Of a stretch of 43,990 nt of DNA, positions 9,545 through 19,342 are shown piece after piece. The number at the start of each line of letters is the position of its first letter. Within the stretch, counting starts at the first letter, position 1. The notes under the pieces are model-generated. The model worked only from the letters and a program-made list of their open reading frames with translations, ran no database searches and was not told where the DNA came from. The DNA comes from an uncultured bacterium. Lineage in GTDB: Bacteria; Hydrothermota; UBA3072. The stretch is taken from contig CAYYUB010000002.1 in assembly GCA_964474855.1 (NCBI GenBank), positions 1-43,990 of the forward strand, given 5' to 3'. The position numbers were made by a program, and so were the translations under genes.

Positions 9545-10744
9545 ATGAAAAAAACAAGAAAACCGCATATCCTGTTCGTAGTTGAAAACAAACAAATCCC
9601 TATGGATACCAGAGTCTTCAAGGAAGCTAAAGCTTTAGAAGAAGAAGGACTAGAGGTATCCATTATTTGCCCGAATTTAAACAAAGAAAAAAAATATCAC
9701 AAAAAATTAGGTAATATCGAGGTATTTCAATACCCTTGTTTTTTCGAAGGAAAATCATTTATTGGTATAATAGTTGAATACTTAATTGCTATTCTCTTTA
9801 TATTATTCAAGTCTATAAAAATATACCTCAGAAAACCTTTTCACATAGTACATCTTGCAAATCCGCCTGATTTTCTGATTTTTCTTTTTTTACCTTTCAA
9901 GCTCTTTGGTGTTAAAATAGTATTCGACCATCATGACCTATCGCCTGAGCTATTCGCTGAGAAATTTCAAAAAAAGAATTTTTTTTACAAATTATTACTT
10001 CTATGTGAAAGATTATCTTATAAAATAGCTGATTCTATAATTACAACAAACAAATCTGTCAAGATTACTTGTATTGAAAGAAACAAAGTCTACGGAAAAA
10101 GAATTTCTATAGTAAGAAATGGCCCTGATTTAAATAAAATAAGTTTCTGCAAAACTAAAGAAAACCATGTAAAAAAAAGGAGTTACCTCATTGGATATAT
10201 TGGAAATATAGACGAACAGGATTCTTTGGAAAAACTTGTAAATTCTGTCGATTATATAGTAAAGGAAAGAAATTTTGATGATTTTAGGGTCTTAATAATA
10301 GGCGACGGAACTAATCGCTTAAGGATTGAGGAGGATATAAGACGGAAAAAGCTCCAAAATTATTTCATCTTCTATGGCTTTGAATATAATAGAAAAAAAA
10401 TATTTTCCTTACTGTCAAAGATAGACATTGGAGTAGAGCCAAGCAAAGAAACAGAAAAATTTTCTAAATCAACATCAATAAAAGTTATGGAATATATGGC
10501 TGTTGGCAAACCCATAGTTCAATATAACACAGTAGAAGGGAGATTTACTGCTGGAGTTGCTTCCTTATTTATACGAAACAATGATGAGAAAGCCTTCGGA
10601 GATGCAATCATCTCTCTTCTCAAAGATGATAAAAAAAGAAAGAAGATGGGCGAATATGGTAAGAATAGGGTAAAAAAATTACTGCAATGGGATATCCAGA
10701 AAAACAAATTGTTAAATGTCTATCAAAATTTAATATACCCCTGA
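9545..10744 (+). CDS. Glycosyltransferase, GT-B fold, GT4 family
   Basis: 399 aa. GT4-type C-terminal E-x7-E region (GVEPSKETEKFSKSTSIKVMEYMAVGKPIV). Confidence 0.85.
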   Translation: MKKTRKPHILFVVENKQIPMDTRVFKEAKALEEEGLEVSIICPNLNKEKKYHKKLGNIEVFQYPCFFEGKSFIGIIVEYLIAILFILFKSIKIYLRKPFHIVHLANPPDFLIFLFLPFKLFGVKIVFDHHDLSPELFAEKFQKKNFFYKLLLLCERLSYKIADSIITTNKSVKITCIERNKVYGKRISIVRNGPDLNKISFCKTKENHVKKRSYLIGYIGNIDEQDSLEKLVNSVDYIVKERNFDDFRVLIIGDGTNRLRIEEDIRRKKLQNYFIFYGFEYNRKKIFSLLSKIDIGVEPSKETEKFSKSTSIKVMEYMAVGKPIVQYNTVEGRFTAGVASLFIRNNDEKAFGDAIISLLKDDKKRKKMGEYGKNRVKKLLQWDIQKNKLLNVYQNLIYP

Positions 10745-10769
10745 ATCTCTTCATTATTTAATTTACCTC

Positions 10770-10797
10770 TTGAAAAAAAATACTTTCGTATTATAGT
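10770..10797 (+). promoter_or_regulatory. Candidate internal promoter upstream of wzz
   Basis: TTGAAA-16 nt-TATAGT, then an 18-nt leader containing AAGGAG. Confidence 0.4.
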
Positions 10798-10815
10798 TTG
10801 TAAAAAGGAGCCAAT

Positions 10816-11466
10816 ATGGACGAGATATCCTTAATAAAGTTTGTGAAGGTTTTACTTAAGTATAAAAAAATAATTTTTATAGTAGTTTTTGGGGCAATGT
10901 TAGCAACCCTTATAATAAGCTTTTTTCTTCCGAAATCATATCTTTCCACTGTTACTGTTATTGCCCCTGAAGTAGCAGAGGGAGGCACTATTTTTGGAGG
11001 AACATTTGGTCTTCTTGCCAATGAATTAGGTGGAGCGAAAATAACATCTCAAGCTGTATATACACTCCTAAAGAGCGAAAGAACGCAGGAAGATATAATA
11101 AAAGAATTCGATTTAATAAATTTATACAGAGTAGAATCAATGTATTACGCAAAAAGAATACTCAAAGCAAGAACAAAAATATCCATAAAACAAGACGAAG
11201 GCATAATAGAAGTTCAGGCAATAGCACATAGCCCACAGCTAAGTGCGGATATTGCAAATTATTTCATTTCTAACCTTTCCAAACTGAACAAAGAATTAAA
11301 TCTAACAACGAAAGCTGAGATTGTTAAAATACTTGATCCCGCGATTCCTCCCGTAAAAAAACATAAACCAAAAAAAATGATCAATACGTTGATAGCCGGT
11401 CTACTTGCATTTATATTCTCACTTTCCATCATAATATATAAAGAATATATTGAAATACCTGTTTAA
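10816..11466 (+). CDS. wzz: Short Wzz-like polysaccharide co-polymerase / chain-length determinant
   Basis: Wzz-type N-terminus (LIKFVKVLLKYKKIIFIVVFGAMLATLIISFFLPKSY) and a second TM helix at the C-terminus (MINTLIAGLLAFIFSLSIIIY). AAGGAG lies 5 nt before the ATG. Only 216 aa. Confidence 0.65.
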   Translation: MDEISLIKFVKVLLKYKKIIFIVVFGAMLATLIISFFLPKSYLSTVTVIAPEVAEGGTIFGGTFGLLANELGGAKITSQAVYTLLKSERTQEDIIKEFDLINLYRVESMYYAKRILKARTKISIKQDEGIIEVQAIAHSPQLSADIANYFISNLSKLNKELNLTTKAEIVKILDPAIPPVKKHKPKKMINTLIAGLLAFIFSLSIIIYKEYIEIPV

Positions 11467-11476
11467 ATAATAGACT

Positions 11477-12937
11477 GTGAAAATAAACAGCGATAAGATT
11501 AAATACGGTATACTTTTCACGATTGCCGGAGTTTTGTCAATATTTCTATGGTATTTCGGCAGCAAATACTTAAAAGATGTACAACTATTAATGCTCTCTC
11601 TGGCTCTCCTTATCTTACTATTTTCTTTTATAGAACTAAAAATAGGTATAATAATTATTATATTTTCCCTTTATGTACCAATATCTATTGGAAATTTTAT
11701 GGGCATTCCTAATCTGCTTGTGTTTGAAGCCTTTACTCCTTTGTTTGTCTTCTATATTGTCCTTAACAAACTAATAACACAAGAAAATGTCTATTTTTTT
11801 AGAAAAAAAACTAATCCCCTACTATACTATCTTTTATTCTATTTTATCTGGATTTATTTCGAGTTCTTGAGACACTCCGCAGGAACCGGACCCGGTAGAA
11901 GGATTCTCTTTGTTTTTTTCTTATGCTTCCTATTATCACTTGGATTAACAGAATTATTATCTGAAAAAAATAAAAAGCAAATACTATCTTACATTTTTTT
12001 TGTTTCCAGCTTTGTAGTTCTTCTGGGACTCGGTTTAATTACACTACCAGCGATACAATCCATATTATCAAAACTCCAAAGTTTAAAATTACTAGCAACA
12101 GCAAATAATATACTCTCTGTAAGCTGGCATGTGGGGCATTTCAAGCATACTTTTTTGGGATTCTACAGAATTGGTTTTCTTCAAAATACCGCTCCGGTTA
12201 GTTTATTATTCCTTATTTCGGGAATGTTTAACATTAAAAAAACGATAAGAATTGCAGGTATAGTCTTTCTCTGCATTCTGATTATTGTAAGCGGGGGCCG
12301 CTCTTTCTTTGCCGGAGCTCTTATATCGCTTTCTTTTCTGTTTATCATCAAAAAAAAGAGTAAAAGCATTCCACTGCTTTTAACTCTTGGTTTAGTCATT
12401 TTCATACTTGCATTCCTTAATTATGAGTCATTACCCGGACCACTTAAAAGGATATTTTTCTGGAAAGGAAGCCTTAAAGAACTCGATGCCGGCAGATCAG
12501 TCCTATTTTCACTATTCCTAAATGAATTTCTAAAGCATCCCATCATAGGCCATGGCTTCGGAAGCTTTAGATTAATAAAATTAGGAAACGAAGATTTAAA
12601 CTTTTTTGCGAATCAACTAGCATTTGGCGGACATAGTACTTTTTTATCCCTATTATATATTACAGGTATTATCGGATTACTCATTTTCCTTATAATTTAC
12701 ATAAAGTCAATTTTGCTTTCTTATAAAAGATATAAAGAAACTAAAAAACCCGAGTATCTTCTGCTTCTGCTTCTTTTTATCTATTTTTTTATTCCATTTA
12801 TATTCGGAGGTAATGGATCAGATGGCGCGTATTTTATGTTTATCGGATTACTACTTGGTTTAAACAAACTCGAAACAAAAGGCGAAAAATATGATAAAAG
12901 TTCTCCACATAATACCGGAACCCCCCTACCTGAATAG
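11477..12937 (+). CDS. wzy: O-antigen polymerase/ligase-family (Wzy-like) integral membrane protein
   Basis: 486 aa with at least 10 hydrophobic helices. Wzy_C-like region SGGRSFFAGALISL...HGFGSF...GGHSTFLSLLYITGIIGL. GTG start. Confidence 0.75.
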   Translation: MKINSDKIKYGILFTIAGVLSIFLWYFGSKYLKDVQLLMLSLALLILLFSFIELKIGIIIIIFSLYVPISIGNFMGIPNLLVFEAFTPLFVFYIVLNKLITQENVYFFRKKTNPLLYYLLFYFIWIYFEFLRHSAGTGPGRRILFVFFLCFLLSLGLTELLSEKNKKQILSYIFFVSSFVVLLGLGLITLPAIQSILSKLQSLKLLATANNILSVSWHVGHFKHTFLGFYRIGFLQNTAPVSLLFLISGMFNIKKTIRIAGIVFLCILIIVSGGRSFFAGALISLSFLFIIKKKSKSIPLLLTLGLVIFILAFLNYESLPGPLKRIFFWKGSLKELDAGRSVLFSLFLNEFLKHPIIGHGFGSFRLIKLGNEDLNFFANQLAFGGHSTFLSLLYITGIIGLLIFLIIYIKSILLSYKRYKETKKPEYLLLLLLFIYFFIPFIFGGNGSDGAYFMFIGLLLGLNKLETKGEKYDKSSPHNTGTPLPE

Positions 12938-14144
12938 CGGAAGCGGAATAAGAAGCAAAAACATTCTGAATCATCAAAAATCTTTCGCGAAACCTATTGC
13001 AGTCGTTTCACCTATGTTCAATCCGGAAAATTTCCCTTCCAAAAACCCGCTCGTAATTGATGAAATCAAATATTATCACTTCCTGGAAAAAAGGATATTC
13101 GTAAAAAAACTCTATGATTTACGCGTTACAAGGACACTAACAACATTTCTTCACAGAAAAGAGTTCCCTAAATACATTTACGAAATTGCTAAGAAAGAAA
13201 AACCGAATATAATTCATTCAGCTTCTCCATACACCAATGGACTCCCAGCTTTATCCATTGCAAAGATATTAAATATACCCTTTGTATATGAGATAAGAGG
13301 ATTGTCGGATTACATTATAGAATCTCCTGCAAAAGCAAATAGAAATGATATAAGAATAACTTATAGAAAAAGACTTGAAAACTATGTTTTAAAATCAGCA
13401 AATTCAATTATTACTCTATCAAGAGCCTCGAAAGAAGATATATGTAAACGCGGAATCAATGCAAACAAAATATTCATAGTTCCAAATGGTCTCGATAGCG
13501 AATTTCTGAATTATTCTAAAACCTATACTTCTAATTTGGCAATCCAGGACAAAACGGTTCACAACAAGATAAAAATTGGATTTATTGGGTCTTTAAAGGC
13601 AGTAGAAGACGTTATTACTCTTCTTGATGCAGTAGTAATATTAAAGAAACAACTTATAGATAACATTACATTAATAATCATCGGTGAGGGTCCAATGTTC
13701 TCATATTTTAATAATCATACAAAGAATATCGGAATAAAAGAAATGGTAAGATTCATCGGAAAAGTACCACATTCCGAAATCAAAGAATACTATAGCATGC
13801 TTGATATATTTGTAATACCAAGGGTAAAAAACAAAATGACCGAAACAATTAGTCCGCTTAAAATCATTGAAGCAATGGGTCTTGGGATACCGGTTGTCGG
13901 AAGTGATGTTGGAGGAATTACCGAAATAATTATCGATAAAGTTAATGGCTTTTTATTCAAACCTCAAAACCCCGAAGATCTCGCAAAAGTTTTGAAGAAA
14001 CTAATACGCAGTAAAAACTTATGTAAAAAAGTCTCCGATAAAGCAAAAATTTGGGTTATGGAAAACAGGAAATGGGAAAATTTGGTTGAAATTTACCGTA
14101 AAGTTTACAAAAATTTGTTAAATGAAAATTCTACTGCAGAATAG
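12891..14144 (+). CDS. Glycosyltransferase, GT4 family
   Basis: 417 aa. PLKIIEAMGLGIPVVGSDVGGITEII..NGFLF motif. Overlaps wzy by 47 nt. Confidence 0.85.
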   Translation: MIKVLHIIPEPPYLNSGSGIRSKNILNHQKSFAKPIAVVSPMFNPENFPSKNPLVIDEIKYYHFLEKRIFVKKLYDLRVTRTLTTFLHRKEFPKYIYEIAKKEKPNIIHSASPYTNGLPALSIAKILNIPFVYEIRGLSDYIIESPAKANRNDIRITYRKRLENYVLKSANSIITLSRASKEDICKRGINANKIFIVPNGLDSEFLNYSKTYTSNLAIQDKTVHNKIKIGFIGSLKAVEDVITLLDAVVILKKQLIDNITLIIIGEGPMFSYFNNHTKNIGIKEMVRFIGKVPHSEIKEYYSMLDIFVIPRVKNKMTETISPLKIIEAMGLGIPVVGSDVGGITEIIIDKVNGFLFKPQNPEDLAKVLKKLIRSKNLCKKVSDKAKIWVMENRKWENLVEIYRKVYKNLLNENSTAE

Positions 14145-15204
14145 ATTTAATCTTTTACAAACCGGTGCGGGTGACAGGATTAATTTCTTTTCGCTTTTAA
14201 CCTCCTTAAAGAACCATGGGATTGATGTCTCTTACTCACTCTCCTCTCGCATTTGTCTTAAAAAATATGATTTGGTACACCTCTTTAACATAACACAGGG
14301 AGATACGTACTTTCAATACAGAAATGCAAAAAAACAGAAAAAACCGGTCGTCCTAAGCCCAATTCATATACCTAAAGTTTATTATACTGAAAGCAAGCAG
14401 GATAAAATAAAAAATCTCGTAAAAAAAAGCCCTTTATTAAGACCAGTCTTCAATTCTTTTAAATATCCCTTATCGCCCCATAAAAGAAGATCTAAAAATC
14501 TAGAATATAATACAGAACTCTTAGAAAAAACAAAAAAAGAACTAATCAAAGGAGTTAACCTGTTATTGCCTGGAAGCAAATCGGAAGCACAAAAAATAGC
14601 TTCTCTATACGGTATAAACCCAAATAGTTTGGTAATTCATCCAGGTATCGAAGATATTTTTCGCCAGGCTACACCCGATCTTTTTAGAAATAAATTTGGA
14701 ATAAAAGATTTTATTATTGGTGTTGGAACGATTATTCCACTTAAAAATCAGTTAAAACTAATAAAAGCGTTAAGGGATATCAATATTCCGGTGGCTTTTA
14801 TTGGAGCAATGGGTAAGAATAATCAATATAATAAAGTGTTTAAAAAAACCTTGAGCAAAAATATGATATATCTAGGAAAACTAGACAGAAAAATAGTTGC
14901 ATCCGCTTTCGCATCCGCAAGAGTCGCAGTTCTCATAAGTTACTCTGAAACAACAGGATTAGTAAATCTTGAAGCAGGTGCTACCGATGCAGCCGTTGTA
15001 TGCAGTGATATTCCAGTTAACAGAGAATATATGAAAAATTACGCTTATTACTGCAATCCTGATTCTATACAATCAATAAAAAAACAGGTGTTGAATGCAT
15101 ATAAAAAAGGCCCTGTTAATGGAATGAAACAATTCATCAGAGAAAACTATACATTGGAAAGATATGCACAGGAAGTAATTTCAGCATATAAGAAATTACT
15201 TTGA
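14122..15204 (+). CDS. Glycosyltransferase, GT-B fold (GT4-like)
   Basis: 360 aa. C-terminal ...YSETTGLVNLEAGATDAAVVCSDIPVNREY resembles the GT1/GT4 nucleotide-sugar binding half. Confidence 0.7.
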   Translation: MKILLQNRFNLLQTGAGDRINFFSLLTSLKNHGIDVSYSLSSRICLKKYDLVHLFNITQGDTYFQYRNAKKQKKPVVLSPIHIPKVYYTESKQDKIKNLVKKSPLLRPVFNSFKYPLSPHKRRSKNLEYNTELLEKTKKELIKGVNLLLPGSKSEAQKIASLYGINPNSLVIHPGIEDIFRQATPDLFRNKFGIKDFIIGVGTIIPLKNQLKLIKALRDINIPVAFIGAMGKNNQYNKVFKKTLSKNMIYLGKLDRKIVASAFASARVAVLISYSETTGLVNLEAGATDAAVVCSDIPVNREYMKNYAYYCNPDSIQSIKKQVLNAYKKGPVNGMKQFIRENYTLERYAQEVISAYKKLL

Positions 15205-16380
15205 TATTAAAGTTTCCCTTATATACCTAAAAGCAGGTGTGGGTGCAAAATTCTTCTTTTCAAGATATGAATAAGTTTCTCCAAAACCCGCGAAAAAGAA
15301 TATCTTAATACGATCAGAATAAGGAGAATTAAATAGTTCTGTTACGATATATTTGGTAAATTCTAATCTCTTTTTTTCTTCTCCCGAAGGTTCTACAATT
15401 TGCCTTCCAATTTCTGTAACCCAAACTTCTGTCTCATCTATATCATTCTGTTCAAAGTAGTAAAAAAGTGAATCAATATGGGAAAATAAAAGAGTATCTA
15501 TCCTACCAGAGGGACTATTTGTTTTATCTGCGTAATAAAAATGCGCTGAAACTATAGGCGGATATTTCCCTGTTTTTTCTTTAACGTAAAAAAGAAAATA
15601 AAGAACATAATCAAGCCAGTTTGCGATTCGGTGTGTCTTTATCAAAGGTTCCTCAAAAGAAAAACGGATTTTTCTTTTATATGATTTATAAAAAGCCCAT
15701 CCTGCCGATCTATTACCTCCTTCAATTACAGGACCAATAACAACACATTCAGAATCCGCCTTCAGAGCTCCTTTTTGTGCTTCTATGTATAGATTACAAT
15801 ATTCCTCAAAACTCCCTAGAAAATATATCTTAGCTCTTGGTTCATTCCATACCTCATAATATTTTATCGGTATTTTGAGTTCGCAATAATCTTTGTACCC
15901 ATCGCCATCATATCTCTCCACAACAAACTGCCAGAAGTCCCTCCAGTACTCCATTTTTTCCGGCGGTAGTGTCCTCAGGTACTCCGATTTCTGTTTAACA
16001 TCCAAAAATTCATAATCTGTACTAAAAGCCCATTCGGGTGTATACATTATAAAGGGAACTATATGCAATCCTCTTTCTCCTGTCCATTTTACAAGGGAAT
16101 CCATTACCCTTGTATCAAAAATACCTTTTTGAGGATTTGCAATGTCCCAGTTGAAAGCACGATTAGGTCTTATCCATTTGATTCCACCCTCTTTGAGAGA
16201 ATCCAATTCCATCTTGTATCTTTCTCTATATTCAACATTATTGATATATTTCGAAAAAAAAGGAGCATTAAAGCCTATATTTATATTAATTTCCCTGGTA
16301 CGAACAGGAGCATTAAAATCTTTATTTATATTCACTTCTTTGGTACAAAAAGCAGCAATAAAAATAATTATACCAGCCAT
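15196..16380 (-). CDS. Clan GH-A (TIM-barrel, GH5/GH39-like) glycoside hydrolase with N-terminal membrane anchor or signal
   Basis: YYEVWNEPRAK (acid/base NEP motif) and VWVTEIG (nucleophile TE motif) lie about 140 aa apart. Hydrophobic N-terminus MAGIIIFIAAFC. Its tail overlaps the convergent GT gene by 9 nt. Confidence 0.6.
   Translation of the reverse strand: MAGIIIFIAAFCTKEVNINKDFNAPVRTREININIGFNAPFFSKYINNVEYRERYKMELDSLKEGGIKWIRPNRAFNWDIANPQKGIFDTRVMDSLVKWTGERGLHIVPFIMYTPEWAFSTDYEFLDVKQKSEYLRTLPPEKMEYWRDFWQFVVERYDGDGYKDYCELKIPIKYYEVWNEPRAKIYFLGSFEEYCNLYIEAQKGALKADSECVVIGPVIEGGNRSAGWAFYKSYKRKIRFSFEEPLIKTHRIANWLDYVLYFLFYVKEKTGKYPPIVSAHFYYADKTNSPSGRIDTLLFSHIDSLFYYFEQNDIDETEVWVTEIGRQIVEPSGEEKKRLEFTKYIVTELFNSPYSDRIKIFFFAGFGETYSYLEKKNFAPTPAFRYIRETLISK
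16261..16335 (-). repeat. 45-nt-spaced duplication in the 5' end of the GH-A hydrolase gene
   Basis: aggagcattaaagcctatatttatattaat (16261-16290) versus aggagcattaaaatctttatttatattcac (16306-16335). At protein level: NINKDFNAPVRTREI / NINIGFNAPFFSKYI. Confidence 0.7.
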
Positions 16381-17312
16381 ATCTTCTTTAAAACTGAAAA
16401 ATCAGCGGCAGATATATCAGAAAGTCCTTCCATTTGAGATAGTATACCTTTTATAAATGTTATTAGTGAAACGGCTATTTTATAAAAGAAAAGAGGCTTA
16501 CTTTTGTAATAATTCTTAAAGAATTTCACCTTGCTTATCTCAAATTGTTCAACAGTATAAGGGCTCTTACTCATACTCAGCTTATGAACAACCTTTGCAT
16601 CATTATTAAGATAAATTTCCCATTTATGTAATTTCACTCTGAAACATATATCAATGTCCTCTGCATACATTTCGTAATCATTGCTAAGAAATCCTACCTC
16701 CTCAAACACTCTATTCCTTACCATCATACAGGCTCCACTGACATAATCAACCTCTCTTACACCGGTCTCATTAACAAACCCTCTCAGATATTCCCGAAAT
16801 TCACACGGCAACAGGCATCTAAAATACTTACCAATAAAACCCTTTAAATCTGAAGATAAGCCCCAGGCCTTTAGATTCAGCAATCTTATTATTTCTTTTA
16901 CCATCGACGGAAATATTCCTCCACTTATCTGATATTTACCATCAGGAAAGATAAGTCTTGCGCCACAGATTCCCACATCAGGATTGTCCTCCATAAATTG
17001 AAACATTTTATTGATACTATCATCCAATAAAATTGTATCATCATTTAAAAGAATATAATACTTCGCCTTTCCTGAGAATGCCTTTAACATCCTGTTCTGA
17101 TTTGCCCTAAAGCCTTTTATAACATTTTGTCTTATATAAATAACATCCGCAAATAATTTCGGTATAACCCTGCTGCTATTATCGGTTGATGCGTTATCGA
17201 GGACAACTACTTTATAATCTATCCCCTTCACACTACTTTTGATCGATTTCAGACAATCAATAGTCATATCTTTATGATTGTGGTTTATTATTGTAAATAT
17301 TATATCAAACAA
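16368..17312 (-). CDS. Glycosyltransferase, GT-A fold, GT2 family
   Basis: FTIINHNHKD, VVVLDNASTDNS and LLNDDT motifs. Confidence 0.85.
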   Translation of the reverse strand: MFDIIFTIINHNHKDMTIDCLKSIKSSVKGIDYKVVVLDNASTDNSSRVIPKLFADVIYIRQNVIKGFRANQNRMLKAFSGKAKYYILLNDDTILLDDSINKMFQFMEDNPDVGICGARLIFPDGKYQISGGIFPSMVKEIIRLLNLKAWGLSSDLKGFIGKYFRCLLPCEFREYLRGFVNETGVREVDYVSGACMMVRNRVFEEVGFLSNDYEMYAEDIDICFRVKLHKWEIYLNNDAKVVHKLSMSKSPYTVEQFEISKVKFFKNYYKSKPLFFYKIAVSLITFIKGILSQMEGLSDISAADFSVLKKIWLV

Positions 17313-17314
17313 AA

Positions 17315-19342
17315 TTATTTAATATCTCCAATATCACTTTTATCTTCAATATGTATAATTATTTCTGATTCGAATGGCAACTCTGTTTTTATGATTCCGC
17401 TAATTATTTCTGCTTTCTTTCTTTTACCGTATTCCCTCGAAATATATCCTTCCTCTATATTAACGTTTTTAAAATCGCCCACTTCTATGCGAAGAGGGGA
17501 TTTTAACTTATGATGAAATAATGTGAATGTTTGCGTACCTGTTTTTTTTACATTTACTTCGTCTGACAAATGCAGATTGAACAAAATATTATGCTCCCCC
17601 TCACCGGAAATTTCATCTTTGATTTTCAGTAATCTACTTGTCTTGTTATAAATGAATCTCCTTGAATGAATAACACAACCATCCAATCTCCGGTAACCAT
17701 CATGAAGAAGTGTGATATCTATTATTCCATGACTTTCCTGAATTTCCTTTAAATATGTGTTCGCATTTCCTTCCATACGGAAAAGATTATCTCCCAGTAC
17801 ATTCTGCTCTTTTCCATCCACTTCAATAGTATTATGATATTTCGTCGCTCTGAATTTATTCCTATATTCGGGATCTGAAGTGTAAACATAAGTCCCCGGA
17901 TCAACTATAATATCATTCCCTTCTACTGAAAGTTCAAAACTCAGCTTATCATTATGATTGTGTCCTCCTTTTCCATTCTGCCCATTAGAACCATTTGAAA
18001 TAATAACATAATCTTTCTTATGCCTGATAACATAGATACCACTTTGTTTAAAATATTTAGATTTAATTTCACTCAAGCATGATGTCTCAGTACTTTGCCA
18101 TTTATCATATCCCTGCCTTCCAAAAACCCATAAAGCTTCTGGAGCAAAATTAAATTCTTTTATATTAAAGACAGATTTATTGAAAAATAAGGTCGCAAAA
18201 GTCAGCAGATAGGAAAAGTCAAGTGGTGCTCGAACATTAATTATATGAAGATGTCCACTATCATTATCTCCGATTTGAGGTACCCTTGCATTAGGTTTTA
18301 TCGTATCTAATACAAAATTAAACATATTATCTAATCTATCATTAATTTCATCGGGAATACAAATATTATTGAGCTTTAATAAAGCGATAGTATAAAATAA
18401 CAATTCTGTGACAAAACAGTGATAACAGGTGGACCCTTCAAAATCCATACCGTCAGAGTCTACCTGTTTTTTTATCTCCATAAACATTTCTTTAATTCCA
18501 AAGTTTCTCCATTCACTCGATTCTTTAAACTCTGGGAATAAAATACCTGCATATATTAATCCAGTTAAATTCGATAGATAATGATTCGTATTTACTGGTC
18601 CTGTACATTCAAGATTATTTATTATGTGCCTTGAATGTTGTAGAATACTTTTTAAGTACAGCAAAAGAAAATCCTTAGAGAAAGAAGGTGACTCCTTAAA
18701 AAAATAATAACCCCAGATCCAGTTTGATACACGAATGGCAACTTCCATTGTACACTTCCAGTTAACACCAAAAGGATAAGGGTTATTATCAACCCAATTC
18801 TTAAAAAGCGCAGTAAACTTTTTTGCATATTTTTCTTCCCCTGTTAAATAATACGCCTGGCCCAGAGTTATTGCATAATGGAACCTGGATAACTCCCACG
18901 GCACCTTTATTTCCCCTTTACCATAGGGAACCCTGATGTTCTTATAGTAATATTTAGGATTCCATCGATAATCGTTTATAAAATCATACTGCCAGGGAAT
19001 ATAAGAAAACTTCTTTAAATCTATTTTTCCTGCACCTGTAACATCTAATATACCATTACATATATCATCAGCCTTTTCAATTATAACATTTGTATAATCA
19101 AGAAATTCACGTTTTAAATTTTCTATCGTCACCTTTTTATTCCAAGGATGAATAAAAAAAACCGGATTTTTTCTCTTATTAAAATCTTCAATAAATTGGT
19201 CTGTCGATTCATAATCGCCTTTTACAGATGATAGAAAATCCTTATTATCAATTACCCCTGAAGAAAATATTGCTTTTATCGCTCCAATTTGGATAGAAAA
19301 TTTTCTTACTATTTTTTCGCTTAACTCTTTAAGCTTTCCCAT
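17315..19342 (-). CDS. Heparinase II/III-family (alginate-lyase-fold) protein
   Basis: 675 aa. KVPWELSRFHYAITLGQAYYLTGEEKYAKKF...NWKCTMEVAIRVSNWIW (N-terminal alpha/alpha toroid) and GGHNHNDKLSFEL (heparinase II/III C-terminal signature). Confidence 0.8.
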   Translation of the reverse strand: MGKLKELSEKIVRKFSIQIGAIKAIFSSGVIDNKDFLSSVKGDYESTDQFIEDFNKRKNPVFFIHPWNKKVTIENLKREFLDYTNVIIEKADDICNGILDVTGAGKIDLKKFSYIPWQYDFINDYRWNPKYYYKNIRVPYGKGEIKVPWELSRFHYAITLGQAYYLTGEEKYAKKFTALFKNWVDNNPYPFGVNWKCTMEVAIRVSNWIWGYYFFKESPSFSKDFLLLYLKSILQHSRHIINNLECTGPVNTNHYLSNLTGLIYAGILFPEFKESSEWRNFGIKEMFMEIKKQVDSDGMDFEGSTCYHCFVTELLFYTIALLKLNNICIPDEINDRLDNMFNFVLDTIKPNARVPQIGDNDSGHLHIINVRAPLDFSYLLTFATLFFNKSVFNIKEFNFAPEALWVFGRQGYDKWQSTETSCLSEIKSKYFKQSGIYVIRHKKDYVIISNGSNGQNGKGGHNHNDKLSFELSVEGNDIIVDPGTYVYTSDPEYRNKFRATKYHNTIEVDGKEQNVLGDNLFRMEGNANTYLKEIQESHGIIDITLLHDGYRRLDGCVIHSRRFIYNKTSRLLKIKDEISGEGEHNILFNLHLSDEVNVKKTGTQTFTLFHHKLKSPLRIEVGDFKNVNIEEGYISREYGKRKKAEIISGIIKTELPFESEIIIHIEDKSDIGDIK

